Source: Candidatus Hydrothermarchaeota archaeon (lineage in GTDB: Archaea > CAYFZR01). From it: DNA of 64,000 nucleotides. Positions 19,807 through 29,184 of the stretch are shown piece after piece. The position numbers and the translations under genes were made by a program. The stretch's first letter is position 1, and every line of letters begins with the position of its first letter. Under the pieces are notes generated by a model. The model saw nothing but the letters and a program-made list of their open reading frames with translations. It was not told the origin of the DNA and ran no database searches. The stretch lies in the NCBI GenBank assembly GCA_046760505.1, contig JBHIEG010000009.1, positions 8,021 to 72,020 on the forward strand. The letters are read 5' to 3'.

Positions 19807-20466
19807 TCATGGCACCTCTTTTTTGTGGAGGATCCAAGGGATCGTAATACTGAGTATGTATTCTCCCCATTCCTCAGAAATCCTTAATGCTTCTTTTATA
19901 TTCTCAATAAATTCTTTGTAGTCATTTTTTTCAAAAGATTTGACCGAATCATCTGTTTTTTTATCTAAAATCTCTAAATATCCTATGGATTTCTCACACC
20001 AGTTTTTTGAAGGAGCTATCTTTTTTGAATTTTCGATCTGACTCTTTAAAATATTTAGAAGTGATTTCATGATGTTTTCTTTGAGTATATCTTCCTTGAA
20101 GGTTTCTAGGATTTCCAATATACACTTTAGGGAGGTAGAAATACTGGTGTTCCTGATTAAAAGAGATTGCATTCTTTCCCATGTCATAGCTGTTTTCACC
20201 TTTAATTCGTGGGCTCGCTCTACCATGCTTCTTAGTTTGTCTGCATCTGGAACTCCAACAATTGCTAGTTTATTGTCTATCGCAATGCTGGGTACTCCAG
20301 GTATTCCATATTCCATTGCTTTTTTCTGACCCTTTTCCGTGGCTGTGTTTAATAAAACATACTCCAGTTTATCAGACATCTCATTGGCTATCTCTTTTAC
20401 CACGTCCTCTGCATATGGACAGTATGGACATGTGGGCGAGATAAATAGTTCGAGCAATACCTTCAC
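19807..20466 (-). CDS. Thioredoxin (CPYC) fused to unknown helical domain; true start GTG 20466
   Basis: FISPTCPYCP, GVPSIAID; SD AGGTGG upstream; the longer ORF call overlaps the opposite-strand gene. Confidence 0.8.
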   Translation of the reverse strand: MKVLLELFISPTCPYCPYAEDVVKEIANEMSDKLEYVLLNTATEKGQKKAMEYGIPGVPSIAIDNKLAIVGVPDADKLRSMVERAHELKVKTAMTWERMQSLLIRNTSISTSLKCILEILETFKEDILKENIMKSLLNILKSQIENSKKIAPSKNWCEKSIGYLEILDKKTDDSVKSFEKNDYKEFIENIKEALRISEEWGEYILSITIPWILHKKEVP

Positions 20467-20554
20467 GACTACCACCTTCTGTTCATATTTATTGAACAAT
20501 AGTGAATTAGGATAAGTATTTATACTTTCCCCCTTAGATAACTTTGTGATCTTT

Positions 20555-21025
20555 ATGACCGAGCTATCTCCCTTAAGCATATTGATGAAACTTCCCAAGA
20601 CTAATTGTAAAAAGTGTGGATTACCAACATGCATGGCCTTCGCAGTCTCATTGATCCAAAGGAAGAAGGAGTTGGAAGAATGTACTCCCTTGTTCGAAGA
20701 TGCTAAGTACGCTAAGAACAGGGAAGAATTACAGGAGATGTTAAAACCCCTCAAAGAAGTAAGTACAGAAACCGGTTTGATAGTTAACGAAGATCTGTGC
20801 TTTGGATGTGGAAACTGCGTTATAGCATGTCCAGTTAATGTGGCGGAAGAGCCTTACAGGGTAGGACAGGGAAAAGGACCCCAATCTGATAAGTATATAT
20901 TACACACTGAAGATGGCGTTGTAAAAGCTATAAATGTAAAATCCTGCAGACGCTTTGGTGAACACAGAGTTTTGTGCGAGGCATGTATTGTAACTTGTCC
21001 AAGCAAAGCCATAAAGTTTGTTTGA
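20555..21025 (+). CDS. FwdH-like Fe-S protein (FeS_4 domain plus ferredoxin)
   Basis: LPKTNCKKCGLPTCMAFA, CFGCGNCVIACP, CEACIVTCP. Confidence 0.8.
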   Translation: MTELSPLSILMKLPKTNCKKCGLPTCMAFAVSLIQRKKELEECTPLFEDAKYAKNREELQEMLKPLKEVSTETGLIVNEDLCFGCGNCVIACPVNVAEEPYRVGQGKGPQSDKYILHTEDGVVKAINVKSCRRFGEHRVLCEACIVTCPSKAIKFV

Positions 21026-21034
21026 GGTCTCTTT

Positions 21035-22108
21035 ATGGAGGTAATTTGTTCAGGATGCAGTTGCTTGTGCGACGACATTGAAATAAAAGGCACCGTCTTC
21101 TGGAATGCTTGCAGAAAAGGAACCGGGAGACTTAAGCCGGTAGAAGGAGAAACCGATGTTAAAAAAATAAATGAGGCGATAGATCTCTTAAATTCTTCTA
21201 AAAAAATAGGAATCTACGGTGGTGCAAACCTGTCTAACGAAGGAATAAAAATCCTATTCGATCTAGCAGAAAACCTAGGAGCTATTTTTTGGAACAGAGA
21301 TTTAATCCAAAGAAATTTGTTTTTGAAAGCGTACGAAGAATGGGAAATCGCAAAACTTGACGAAATAAAGGATTATGGAAGATTTATTATGTGCTGGGGA
21401 TCGGATAACATGAACACTCATCCAAGGCTTTTGAGCAGGTACATTTACTTTACTCATGGAGAAAAGACCCCAAAAGGCTATGAAGACAGGATCTTAGTTC
21501 CAATAGACATCGAATTAACCCCAACAGCAGTTATTTCATTGCCATACTACGTCAAATTGAAGAAAGGAACCATATCTGAGATAGAGAAAGCGGACAAAAA
21601 GGAGACTAAATTGGTTAAACATGCTCTAGAGAAGGCTGAACACAGGTATATTATAATTGGAGAGAGAATAATAGAAGAGGAAGACGAACTGGATAGGTTC
21701 ATAAAAGAGTACGAAATGAAGGTTTTGCCCTTAGCGCATGGATTCAACCACTACTCATTGTTTGAAGAACTCTTGAAAAGAACAAAGAATATCTCTCCCT
21801 ATGACTTTGAAAACAAAGAGATAGCTAAAGAGTACAAAGTTGATGTACTCTTGATTGTGGGGGGAAATCCTTTTGCAAAGGTGCCTGACTCGCAAGAATG
21901 GGCTGAAAAAATTATAACACTAGATCCTTTCAGATCATACACCGCGTTGAAATCAGAAGTCTGGATAAAGAGTGCACTTAATGGAGTTTGTGTATCGACA
22001 AATGCAAAAAGAATGGATGGGGAGGATGTTTCCATAGAGGCATTGTATCAAGGAAAGTTGCTCTCTGATGAGGAGATTCTCAGGAGTATTTTGGAGGGAA
22101 CCACATGA
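21035..22108 (+). CDS. Formylmethanofuran dehydrogenase subunit B-like (degenerate)
   Basis: CSGCSCLCDDI..NACRKG, WGSDNMNTHPRLLSRY, RMDG, SDEEIL. Confidence 0.75.
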   Translation: MEVICSGCSCLCDDIEIKGTVFWNACRKGTGRLKPVEGETDVKKINEAIDLLNSSKKIGIYGGANLSNEGIKILFDLAENLGAIFWNRDLIQRNLFLKAYEEWEIAKLDEIKDYGRFIMCWGSDNMNTHPRLLSRYIYFTHGEKTPKGYEDRILVPIDIELTPTAVISLPYYVKLKKGTISEIEKADKKETKLVKHALEKAEHRYIIIGERIIEEEDELDRFIKEYEMKVLPLAHGFNHYSLFEELLKRTKNISPYDFENKEIAKEYKVDVLLIVGGNPFAKVPDSQEWAEKIITLDPFRSYTALKSEVWIKSALNGVCVSTNAKRMDGEDVSIEALYQGKLLSDEEILRSILEGTT

Positions 22109-22428
22109 GAATTAGCGTGTTTGTTGGAGATTATGTATTCCAAACTGCAAGGGACGCCTTGAGTAAAGATTACGTTGATTCCTCTGCCATATGTATATTA
22201 AGCGAAGAAACCGCAAAGAAATTAAATGTTAAAGGCGAAGATAGAGTTGAACTAAATATTAACGGAAAATCACTGGTTTTAAAGGTAAAGATAACTGAAA
22301 GAAAAGTAGATTATGCTTTTGTCCCGCTAAGCCCATGGATCGTGGATTTGGTAACGCAGGAACAGATAGAAAAAGGATTTATTTCAGATATCCAAAAAAC
22401 CACAAGGGAGATTGAGCCGTTACCTTAA
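22105..22428 (+). CDS. Formylmethanofuran dehydrogenase subunit D-like
   Basis: AICILSEETAKKLNVKGEDRV...AFVPLSPW; overlaps the fwdB-like stop. Confidence 0.7.
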   Translation: MRISVFVGDYVFQTARDALSKDYVDSSAICILSEETAKKLNVKGEDRVELNINGKSLVLKVKITERKVDYAFVPLSPWIVDLVTQEQIEKGFISDIQKTTREIEPLP

Positions 22429-22511
22429 GATTCCAACTTTATTTTTTACTCAGTACCTAATCCGTTTTTTAAATAATAATTTGATGCAGTTTTTAGCTTT
22501 TAAATATCCAT

Positions 22512-22583
22512 TTATTTCCCACGTCTTCTTTTTCTTTTTCTCTTTTGCCTCCTCTGTCTCTTCTTCTTCCATTTTTTTCTCAA
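22512..22583 (-). CDS. rpl41e: Ribosomal protein eL41 (L41e), 23 aa, absent from ORF track
   Basis: TTG start, [23 protein letters not shown] resembles eL41 MRAKWRKKRMRRLKRKRR; SD GAGGGGT upstream. Confidence 0.85.
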   Translation of the reverse strand: MRKKWKKKRQRRQKRKRKRRRGK

Positions 22584-22698
22584 GGCGACCCCTCTGAATT
22601 CAAAAAATTTTCCAGGTATTATAAAAATTACGCAAAGAATACATTAATTTTGTATGGCTAGGAACTTATAAGTAATCAGGTATAAACTAATCTAAGAT

Positions 22699-23961
22699 AT
22701 GAAAAGGGTGAGTTTGCTACCTGGAGAGTATTTAACCATAGAGGGAGCTGCAAGATTAAACATAAAAGAAGGTGAAGTTTTAATCGGTGAAAAGGAATAT
22801 TTTGAAGGTGAAGAATACATAATTTTGCGTGGCGATAAGATCTTTGTTAAAGCGATGAAAGAATCAACTCTAGAAATATTTCTAGGCACTGGTGGTTCTA
22901 TAAAAAAAGTTGAGCAGGTAATACCAGAGAGTTGGGTTAAAGCGGCTAAAGCAATCTTAGATCATGAAAAACCATGCGTGTCCATGATAGTTGGAGGAGT
23001 GGATACAGGAAAGACAACTTTAACTACTTATATCGCAAATCAATGTTTTGAAAACAACTTAAGGACGATAGTTATAGATGCCGACCTTGGACAATCCAGT
23101 ATAGGACCTCCAACCACGATTTCTTTGGGAATCGTGAATAGGAAAATAAGCAGATTGTCCGATTTGAACATGGAAAGCGGATTCTTTGTAGGTTCTACTT
23201 CTCCAAATCACCATTTATTACAGTGCATATCTGGTTTAAGGTTGCTTCTAGACAAGGCACTTCAGCTCAAAGGAGATGTGATACTGATAGATACATCTGG
23301 AATGATATCGGGAGGTCCTGGAAGGGCTTTAAAGATTCATAAAACCATGCTAATAAAGCCAAATTTCTTATTTATTCTCAGAAAAGGGAAAGAACTGGAT
23401 TACCTCATTAATATATTTCGAAATATAAATGTTCGCCCGCTAGAAGTACCAGAAGAAGTCAGGGGAACATCTAGAGAAGAAAGGAGATTTTTCAGGGAAT
23501 TGGCATTCAGAAACTACTTCTCAAATGCCAGAGAAATAGAATTTGATCTGAAAAAAGTAAAGGTTATTGGAACATTTTTTGGCACAGGCACCGTTGATGA
23601 AGAAATGAAATACAAAATCTCTTCATTCTTTAAGGAAAAAATAAATTATTGTGAGAATTTGGGTGAAGGGTATTTAATTGTAACTGAAAAACCTAGGCAA
23701 GGAAGAGTTAGAAACGATTTTGATAGGCAGTTTAAAGTTTTAGAAAAAGGTTTTGAAGAGCAAATTCTCGTTGGATTGTTGGACGGAGATCAAGAACTTC
23801 TAGATCTAGGAATAATGAGAAGAATTGACTATTCAAATAAAAAAGCATATGTTTACTCCCCGACTATCGATCCTGATAAAATCAATACGATAAAGTTGGG
23901 TTCAATAAGGATAAAAGAGGATGGAAAGGAAATAGGCTTCATTCCTTTGGGTAGTTTTTGA
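22699..23961 (+). CDS. Clp1/Grc3/Nol9-family polynucleotide 5'-kinase
   Basis: GGVDTGKTT, DADLGQSSIGPP, IDTSG, RTSREERRFFRE lid. Confidence 0.9.
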   Translation: MKRVSLLPGEYLTIEGAARLNIKEGEVLIGEKEYFEGEEYIILRGDKIFVKAMKESTLEIFLGTGGSIKKVEQVIPESWVKAAKAILDHEKPCVSMIVGGVDTGKTTLTTYIANQCFENNLRTIVIDADLGQSSIGPPTTISLGIVNRKISRLSDLNMESGFFVGSTSPNHHLLQCISGLRLLLDKALQLKGDVILIDTSGMISGGPGRALKIHKTMLIKPNFLFILRKGKELDYLINIFRNINVRPLEVPEEVRGTSREERRFFRELAFRNYFSNAREIEFDLKKVKVIGTFFGTGTVDEEMKYKISSFFKEKINYCENLGEGYLIVTEKPRQGRVRNDFDRQFKVLEKGFEEQILVGLLDGDQELLDLGIMRRIDYSNKKAYVYSPTIDPDKINTIKLGSIRIKEDGKEIGFIPLGSF

Positions 23962-24969
23962 TCAAGGACCTTCCATGTAGTCGTATAGGTCCCCATCAAC
24001 TCTTTCCTCGTAGATTATATTCTTATCTTTGATTAATTCTATTCTGAATAGATTTGACTTGTACCATCTTTTGGTTGGCTCCGGGACTTCTTCAGAAACG
24101 CCTTCTCCCCTATATAATTTGGCAATCTCTGGATAAAGTTCGTACGTGCTGAAGTTTCTTCTTATATCGGTAACTACGAATCCCATGTCCATTAAAGATT
24201 TTTCTACAAAATACCATCTTGAAAGAGGCGCATCTGTGAAGGTCATTGAGAAGTATCCGGAACCTTCCTCCTTTAAGCATTCTAATCCTCTACATACAAA
24301 CAAAGTTAGTGCAATCGCTGTATCAGGAGGATCTGTGGTAAAACAATCGAATTTATCTCTCAGATCTCTAGGAATCGGATCTCTAAGGTCAAATCTAATG
24401 GTTTTAATTCCAAGTTCCTGATCGTTTATGAATTCCAATATCCTTTCGTCAATATCTATTGCTGTCACTTTCTTTGCCAAGCCAGTCATTGCAATCGCTA
24501 TGCTTACAAGATCATCGTCTCCCAAAACGATGATGTTCTTTCCATCTATATCTCCATAGTTGAGCATGAATAAAACCCTTGCAATTGTGGAATCTGTAGT
24601 TATGAATGATTGATCGTATTCAGGCACGTTGTAAGGTCTGTTTCTAGAAATTTCCTCGAATTCTTTAAGAAAATCATCATCGATTGCTATTCCTCTTCCA
24701 TCACACTCTGGACAAACTTTATCTCCCACTTCTTTTACACCTAATTCTTCCGCAAAATTCTCTCCCTCTTTAGTAAGAGAGAATCTATAATTATTCTCGT
24801 CAACGTAACCATTTTTTCTAAGGATCTTGAGTGTTTTTGTTAGTTCTCGCATTGGTACTGCGGAAAATGAGGCAATCTCCCAAATATCCAAATCTTTTTT
24901 AAGCAGAGCCCTCAAAATTTCTCTAACATATCTCATTCTTGTTACTCCCATCTCTCTTATCGTCTTCAC
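23962..24969 (-). CDS. bpsA: Branched-chain polyamine synthase (N4-bis(aminopropyl)spermidine synthase)
   Basis: CPECDGRG, EYDQ, LGDDDLVSIA, DIDER, TDPP. Confidence 0.85.
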   Translation of the reverse strand: MKTIREMGVTRMRYVREILRALLKKDLDIWEIASFSAVPMRELTKTLKILRKNGYVDENNYRFSLTKEGENFAEELGVKEVGDKVCPECDGRGIAIDDDFLKEFEEISRNRPYNVPEYDQSFITTDSTIARVLFMLNYGDIDGKNIIVLGDDDLVSIAIAMTGLAKKVTAIDIDERILEFINDQELGIKTIRFDLRDPIPRDLRDKFDCFTTDPPDTAIALTLFVCRGLECLKEEGSGYFSMTFTDAPLSRWYFVEKSLMDMGFVVTDIRRNFSTYELYPEIAKLYRGEGVSEEVPEPTKRWYKSNLFRIELIKDKNIIYEERVDGDLYDYMEGP

Positions 24970-25165
24970 CTCCGGTGTGATAATTTAGCCTAGATTATTG
25001 CTTTTCGTTTTTGGTCGATAAAACTTATGGTGTATTTCAAGATTTAATCAAAAATGTAAAAAAAGTCTACAAGGTTTTTTAAGCAAAAAAAACATTTTGA
25101 CACTTTCCTGTTAAGAATAGAGCCGAATAGAAAAGTTTATATCTTTAAAGTTACACTTCATATTT

Positions 25166-25333
25166 GCCCCAAGCAGATCGGGAAAACTTGCGACGAGGTG
25201 AACCGCTCAGCATCGAGAATTCGATGTTGAACGGGGTGGTAGTTGCAAGAACGATACCACGATGCAAAGAACCAGTTGAAAAACTGGGGAAGGTGTCGGT
25301 GGCCAGTATCGAAGTACCGAGACTGCTTGGGGC
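25166..25333 (+). ncRNA. Candidate structured non-coding RNA of unknown family (~168 nt)
   Basis: GC-rich island; 11-bp terminal helix GCCCCAAGCAG/CTGCTTGGGGC, two nested arms, upstream BRE/TATA (gaaaagtttata ~25130-25141), downstream T6. Confidence 0.72.
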
Positions 25334-25339
25334 TTTTTT
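25334..25339 (+). terminator. Oligo-T terminator after the ncRNA candidate
   Basis: TTTTTT directly after the closing helix. Confidence 0.55.
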
Positions 25340-25365
25340 ATTGTTTCTTCTAACTTATTGATAGT

Positions 25366-26157
25366 TTAATTTTTCAAAGCACTTGCAAGCGCAACAGCAT
25401 TTTCGTAGTTTGGGCTTACTCTGGAGGTATCGACGAACACCCTGTCTATGTTTACTACTGGAGCGCCAAAGCCCTTTCCTCCCCCTAAAAGGACTAGGGT
25501 TCTGAAGATAAGGTTTCCTGTTATTCCATCTGGCACTATAATAATGTTAGCCTCTTTCACTGCATCTTCTATAAGTATTTCATAGTGCTTGCAATCCACC
25601 TTTTCTTTTAGTATGCTAGCCAGATATTCGCCTTCCATCAATGTTTTATCAACTCTTTCGTCTCTTCCCAAGTCCTGCTTCCTACCTCCAGATATTATAC
25701 CAACCCTTGGCTTTATATCGATTTTTTTTGCAATCTCTGCTCCGAATTCCACGAATTCTAATTTCTCCAAAGGTGTTCTGCCTTCATCTATTCCGACCGG
25801 GGCAAGAAAAAAATATCTGTCCTTTGGAGTACCCAGCAAAGCCATTCTCAATATTTTCGGATAATATTTTTTAAGGAAAGATAACGTATCGCTAGCGGGT
25901 AGAGACCCCCTCACTGCTCCCTCTACATCTCCCTTCATCAACAACTCTATCAGAGTCAAACATGGGTCATCGCTCACTATAGTTTCGACAAGCCTAGATT
26001 TTTTTTGAGAAACCAAAACCACGTCAGCATATCCTTTTTCGATTGCGCTAATCGCCTTTTCTTCAGCTCTTTCAAAATATCCTTTTTTTTCTGTTCCCGC
26101 TCCTAAGGCTATTCTAGCCTTATTCCTTTTTGCCATTTCGTATATTTTTTGGATCAT
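25366..26157 (-). CDS. mtxX: MtxX / methanogenesis marker 4 protein
   Basis: [44 protein letters not shown]. Confidence 0.87.
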   Translation of the reverse strand: MIQKIYEMAKRNKARIALGAGTEKKGYFERAEEKAISAIEKGYADVVLVSQKKSRLVETIVSDDPCLTLIELLMKGDVEGAVRGSLPASDTLSFLKKYYPKILRMALLGTPKDRYFFLAPVGIDEGRTPLEKLEFVEFGAEIAKKIDIKPRVGIISGGRKQDLGRDERVDKTLMEGEYLASILKEKVDCKHYEILIEDAVKEANIIIVPDGITGNLIFRTLVLLGGGKGFGAPVVNIDRVFVDTSRVSPNYENAVALASALKN

Positions 26158-26174
26158 GCTAGAAATTGATGGGA

Positions 26175-26852
26175 TTAGATAATATCTTTTTCGAGATTTG
26201 ATGTTATTTCTCTAATTTCATTCAATTTTTTTTCTAAGTATTCAATGACTTCTTCATCTGTTAAATCGGGAAAACTTTCGTAGAAACTTGCGACTGCAAA
26301 AAATGGTCTGTCATCTGATATTAAATTTACAATTTCATCTGCTTCAGGCTCAACAACCTCAATTGCTCTTGCAGAGGCAGTAGGAACTGCTATTATTATC
26401 TTTCTGGGGTTAAACTTTTTCAAATATTTTAAAGCCGCGAGCATAGTAAAGCCGCTTGCCAGTCCATCATCCACAACTATGACATTCTTGCCAGTTATTT
26501 CAGGGAATGGTTTTTCTTTACGATATTTTTTTATCCTCCTACTCACTTCCATCATTACCTTTCTTGCCAAGAATTCGATTTCTCTTGGTTCTAGTCTTAA
26601 GTAAGAGACAAGGGGTTCATTAAGAACTATTGTTCCATCTGCGGTTACAGCCCCAAATCCTGCCTCAGGATCACTTGGTATGGGAATCTTCCTTACGACT
26701 ACAACATCCAAAGGCGCGTTAATCTTTTTTGAAATTCTGTAGGCTACTGGGACTCCACCCCGGGGTATGGCTAAAACTATTGCATCCTCCTTATATTCAG
26801 CCAATTTTTCCCCGAGTATTTTCCCGGCTTCCTCTCTATCTTTAAATATCAT
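26175..26852 (-). CDS. Phosphoribosyltransferase
   Basis: FKDREEAG, LAIPRGGVP, VVDDGLASGFT. Confidence 0.9.
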   Translation of the reverse strand: MIFKDREEAGKILGEKLAEYKEDAIVLAIPRGGVPVAYRISKKINAPLDVVVVRKIPIPSDPEAGFGAVTADGTIVLNEPLVSYLRLEPREIEFLARKVMMEVSRRIKKYRKEKPFPEITGKNVIVVDDGLASGFTMLAALKYLKKFNPRKIIIAVPTASARAIEVVEPEADEIVNLISDDRPFFAVASFYESFPDLTDEEVIEYLEKKLNEIREITSNLEKDII

Positions 26853-27126
26853 ATTCCAGATCTTTCTTTTACTACTTTCTTTAAAAATGCATTACTATAC
26901 AAACATGCTTCAGATATATCTGAGCTGATGTATTCTATAAAAATAAGAAATATTATAAAAAATTATAAAAAAATAGGTGGGGAGGGTGTGGGGCTAAGGC
27001 AGGCGATATAAATGTGTGTTAACCATAAAATAAATTCTTCCTATACATTTTTGCTAAGAATTCGTGAAAATCTGTTCAGATCAATTTTAATTTTCGACCC
27101 CTCAGAGGGCAACAATTATCTAAGGA

Positions 27127-28275
27127 TTACCTAAAGAAGTACAAAAGCAAACTTATTGCTCTTTCAAACAGCGACATTTCTTCTTTCGATCTTACAATAA
27201 ATTTAATTTGGAAGTCTTTTCCAACACCTTCATTGCTTTTCAAACTTGCAGTAAAATCGTACTCACCTAAGAATGGAGGGGGGATATTTAATTTAACCAA
27301 AAAGTATTCTGTCTTATTTGATTCTAAAATTAAGCTCTCAGGCTCAATTTTAACTATCCACTTCCTTAATTCCGGAGGAAATTCTAGGGTTACATTGTGC
27401 AAGGGCTCTTTTTTTATTTTGCTTTTCATAGATACCGGTATTTTAATATTTACCTCCTCACCTTGGTAAACTTCTACTGGTTCTTTAAGATCCACAATGA
27501 TTTTCCTATCATCTACCACTTTTTTACCCACATATTTCTTCCCATCTTCAATGTTTTCTTTCAATTCTTCGAGGCTGTTACCAACCGCGAAAATTACAGG
27601 AATCTCAAATTCCTTTATTACATTTTTAGCATCCCACTGAAGGGCAATTGCTGGGTCGTCTATGTTTGTTTTGAGAGCGTTGTTAAGACTGTCATTTTTT
27701 ATATGAAGCCATAGTTTGGAGTAAGGAGTGCTTAAGTCATGCCTTGATGGTTTTATGGGAGATGAAATACCAACGTAGGTTTTCTCGTGTATATAAGCGA
27801 TATCGTTTAATTCGTCATATTTTCCATAATCAAAGTTTACTGTGGCATCTACATCGAAATCTACTCCCTGATAGAACTTTATCGATTCTAAAGGTCTTTT
27901 TGGAACTATTTTATAACTTATTATGAGCCACTTTCTGTCTGGCGGCAAAAAGATATTCCTTTCAACTGATATTTCGTCGTCTGAAAAGATGGATCTGGTT
28001 TTGTTTATTATGTTTCCTTTCAAAACCCTTAGATTTTTTAAAGGATAAGTATTCTCAGACGTATAGATCTTTTTTCCGTATCTTATGCAGAATCTCTCCA
28101 AATAAAGGTGATCCGCATTTCTATAAAATAAATTTGTTGAAGATCCTAGGCTCGCTTCCAACTTCATAACATCGTTGGAAACGATGAGTTCTTCTTTTTT
28201 CAAAATTTCTGGTTTCTGAGAGAAGCCAATTATAATTATAGTGGTTAGCAGAGATACAATCACCAAATTTCTCAT
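27127..28275 (-). CDS. Secreted/surface protein of unknown function
   Basis: N-terminal signal-like segment, beta-rich body, hydrophobic C-terminus. Confidence 0.65.
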   Translation of the reverse strand: MRNLVIVSLLTTIIIIGFSQKPEILKKEELIVSNDVMKLEASLGSSTNLFYRNADHLYLERFCIRYGKKIYTSENTYPLKNLRVLKGNIINKTRSIFSDDEISVERNIFLPPDRKWLIISYKIVPKRPLESIKFYQGVDFDVDATVNFDYGKYDELNDIAYIHEKTYVGISSPIKPSRHDLSTPYSKLWLHIKNDSLNNALKTNIDDPAIALQWDAKNVIKEFEIPVIFAVGNSLEELKENIEDGKKYVGKKVVDDRKIIVDLKEPVEVYQGEEVNIKIPVSMKSKIKKEPLHNVTLEFPPELRKWIVKIEPESLILESNKTEYFLVKLNIPPPFLGEYDFTASLKSNEGVGKDFQIKFIVRSKEEMSLFERAISLLLYFFR

Positions 28276-28284
28276 TGTAACACC

Positions 28285-28749
28285 TTATAAATTTAAATCT
28301 CTCTCCACTACGTTCTTTTCTTTTCTATATTGGATCAATTTAGCCTTTATATTATCGTTGAAAAGGGCAAGTATTTTTACTGCCAGGAGAGAAGCGTTTT
28401 CCGCGTTATCTATACCTACAACTCCCACTGGGATCCCTCTTGGCATCTGGACCATGGAGAGTAATGAATCAATGCCCAGTAAATTAGAAGAAACTGGAAG
28501 CCCGATTACAGGCTTCAACGTCTTTGATGCAACTATTCCCGGAAGATGAGCAGACATTCCTGCCACGCATATGTAAATCATTGTCCCCTTGCTCTCTGCG
28601 TAATCAATCAACTTATCCAACTCTTCGGGAGATCTGTGAGCAGAAACAATATTTAGAGAATAATTAAGATCAAATTTCTTTAAAATTGAAGAAATCTTCT
28701 TTCCAACTTCCAAATCACTTTTACTTCCAAGTATTACGCAAACATCCAT
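28285..28749 (-). CDS. purE: N5-CAIR mutase / AIR carboxylase
   Basis: GSKSD, SAHRSP, AGMSAHLPG, VQMPRGIPV. Confidence 0.95.
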   Translation of the reverse strand: MDVCVILGSKSDLEVGKKISSILKKFDLNYSLNIVSAHRSPEELDKLIDYAESKGTMIYICVAGMSAHLPGIVASKTLKPVIGLPVSSNLLGIDSLLSMVQMPRGIPVGVVGIDNAENASLLAVKILALFNDNIKAKLIQYRKEKNVVERDLNL

Positions 28750-28771
28750 TAGGACACCAATTTAATTCTAT

Positions 28772-29128
28772 CTATTCTAGCAACTCACTCATTCTTTTAT
28801 ACATGTCTTCTAAATTTTCTTTCATCTTCTTCTTTATTCCTTCTTCAGGAGATGCGTAGTACTTATAGTAGTAACCGCCCTCATCTTTGGATAGTGATTT
28901 CCTGTAGGCTAACCCCTTACTCACTAAATTTTGAAGTATCCTTTGTGCGCTACTTCTATTTCTATTTATACTTTCAGCCAAACTCTTTACATCCTTAGAT
29001 CCTTCTCTCAATGCAAAGTAGGCTTCTATTTCAATGGGCCTTAGATCTAGTAGACATTGCATTGCGTCTCTCAAAGTTAGATCACGATTGCTAATTATTG
29101 ATCGTAAATCTTCAAATCCCATGAACAT
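28772..29128 (-). CDS. TrmB-like HTH transcriptional regulator
   Basis: LAESINRNRSSAQRILQNL..GGYYYKY. Confidence 0.8.
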   Translation of the reverse strand: MFMGFEDLRSIISNRDLTLRDAMQCLLDLRPIEIEAYFALREGSKDVKSLAESINRNRSSAQRILQNLVSKGLAYRKSLSKDEGGYYYKYYASPEEGIKKKMKENLEDMYKRMSELLE

Positions 29129-29184
29129 TTTTTCCTTCTTTTAATAAAAAAACCTTTTGATCATAGTTCATTTTCCTCTGGATA

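Noticed and set aside
19807-20754. 315-aa version of the thioredoxin ORF, and similar 5' extensions of ino1, cdc6, the ABC ATPase, DUF434 and alaS
   Set aside because: Extensions run through promoters or neighbouring genes; SD-supported downstream starts were used
25166-25333. RNase P, SRP RNA or cobalamin riboswitch identity
   Set aside because: GAUGCAAAGAA and GGGAAG are faintly reminiscent, but CR-I/CR-V, SRP helix 8 and the B12 box are absent, and no downstream same-strand gene exists
25164-25361. 65-aa + strand ORF over the ncRNA candidate
   Set aside because: No recognisable motif or SD; the extensive base-pairing and T-run inside it are better explained by an RNA gene
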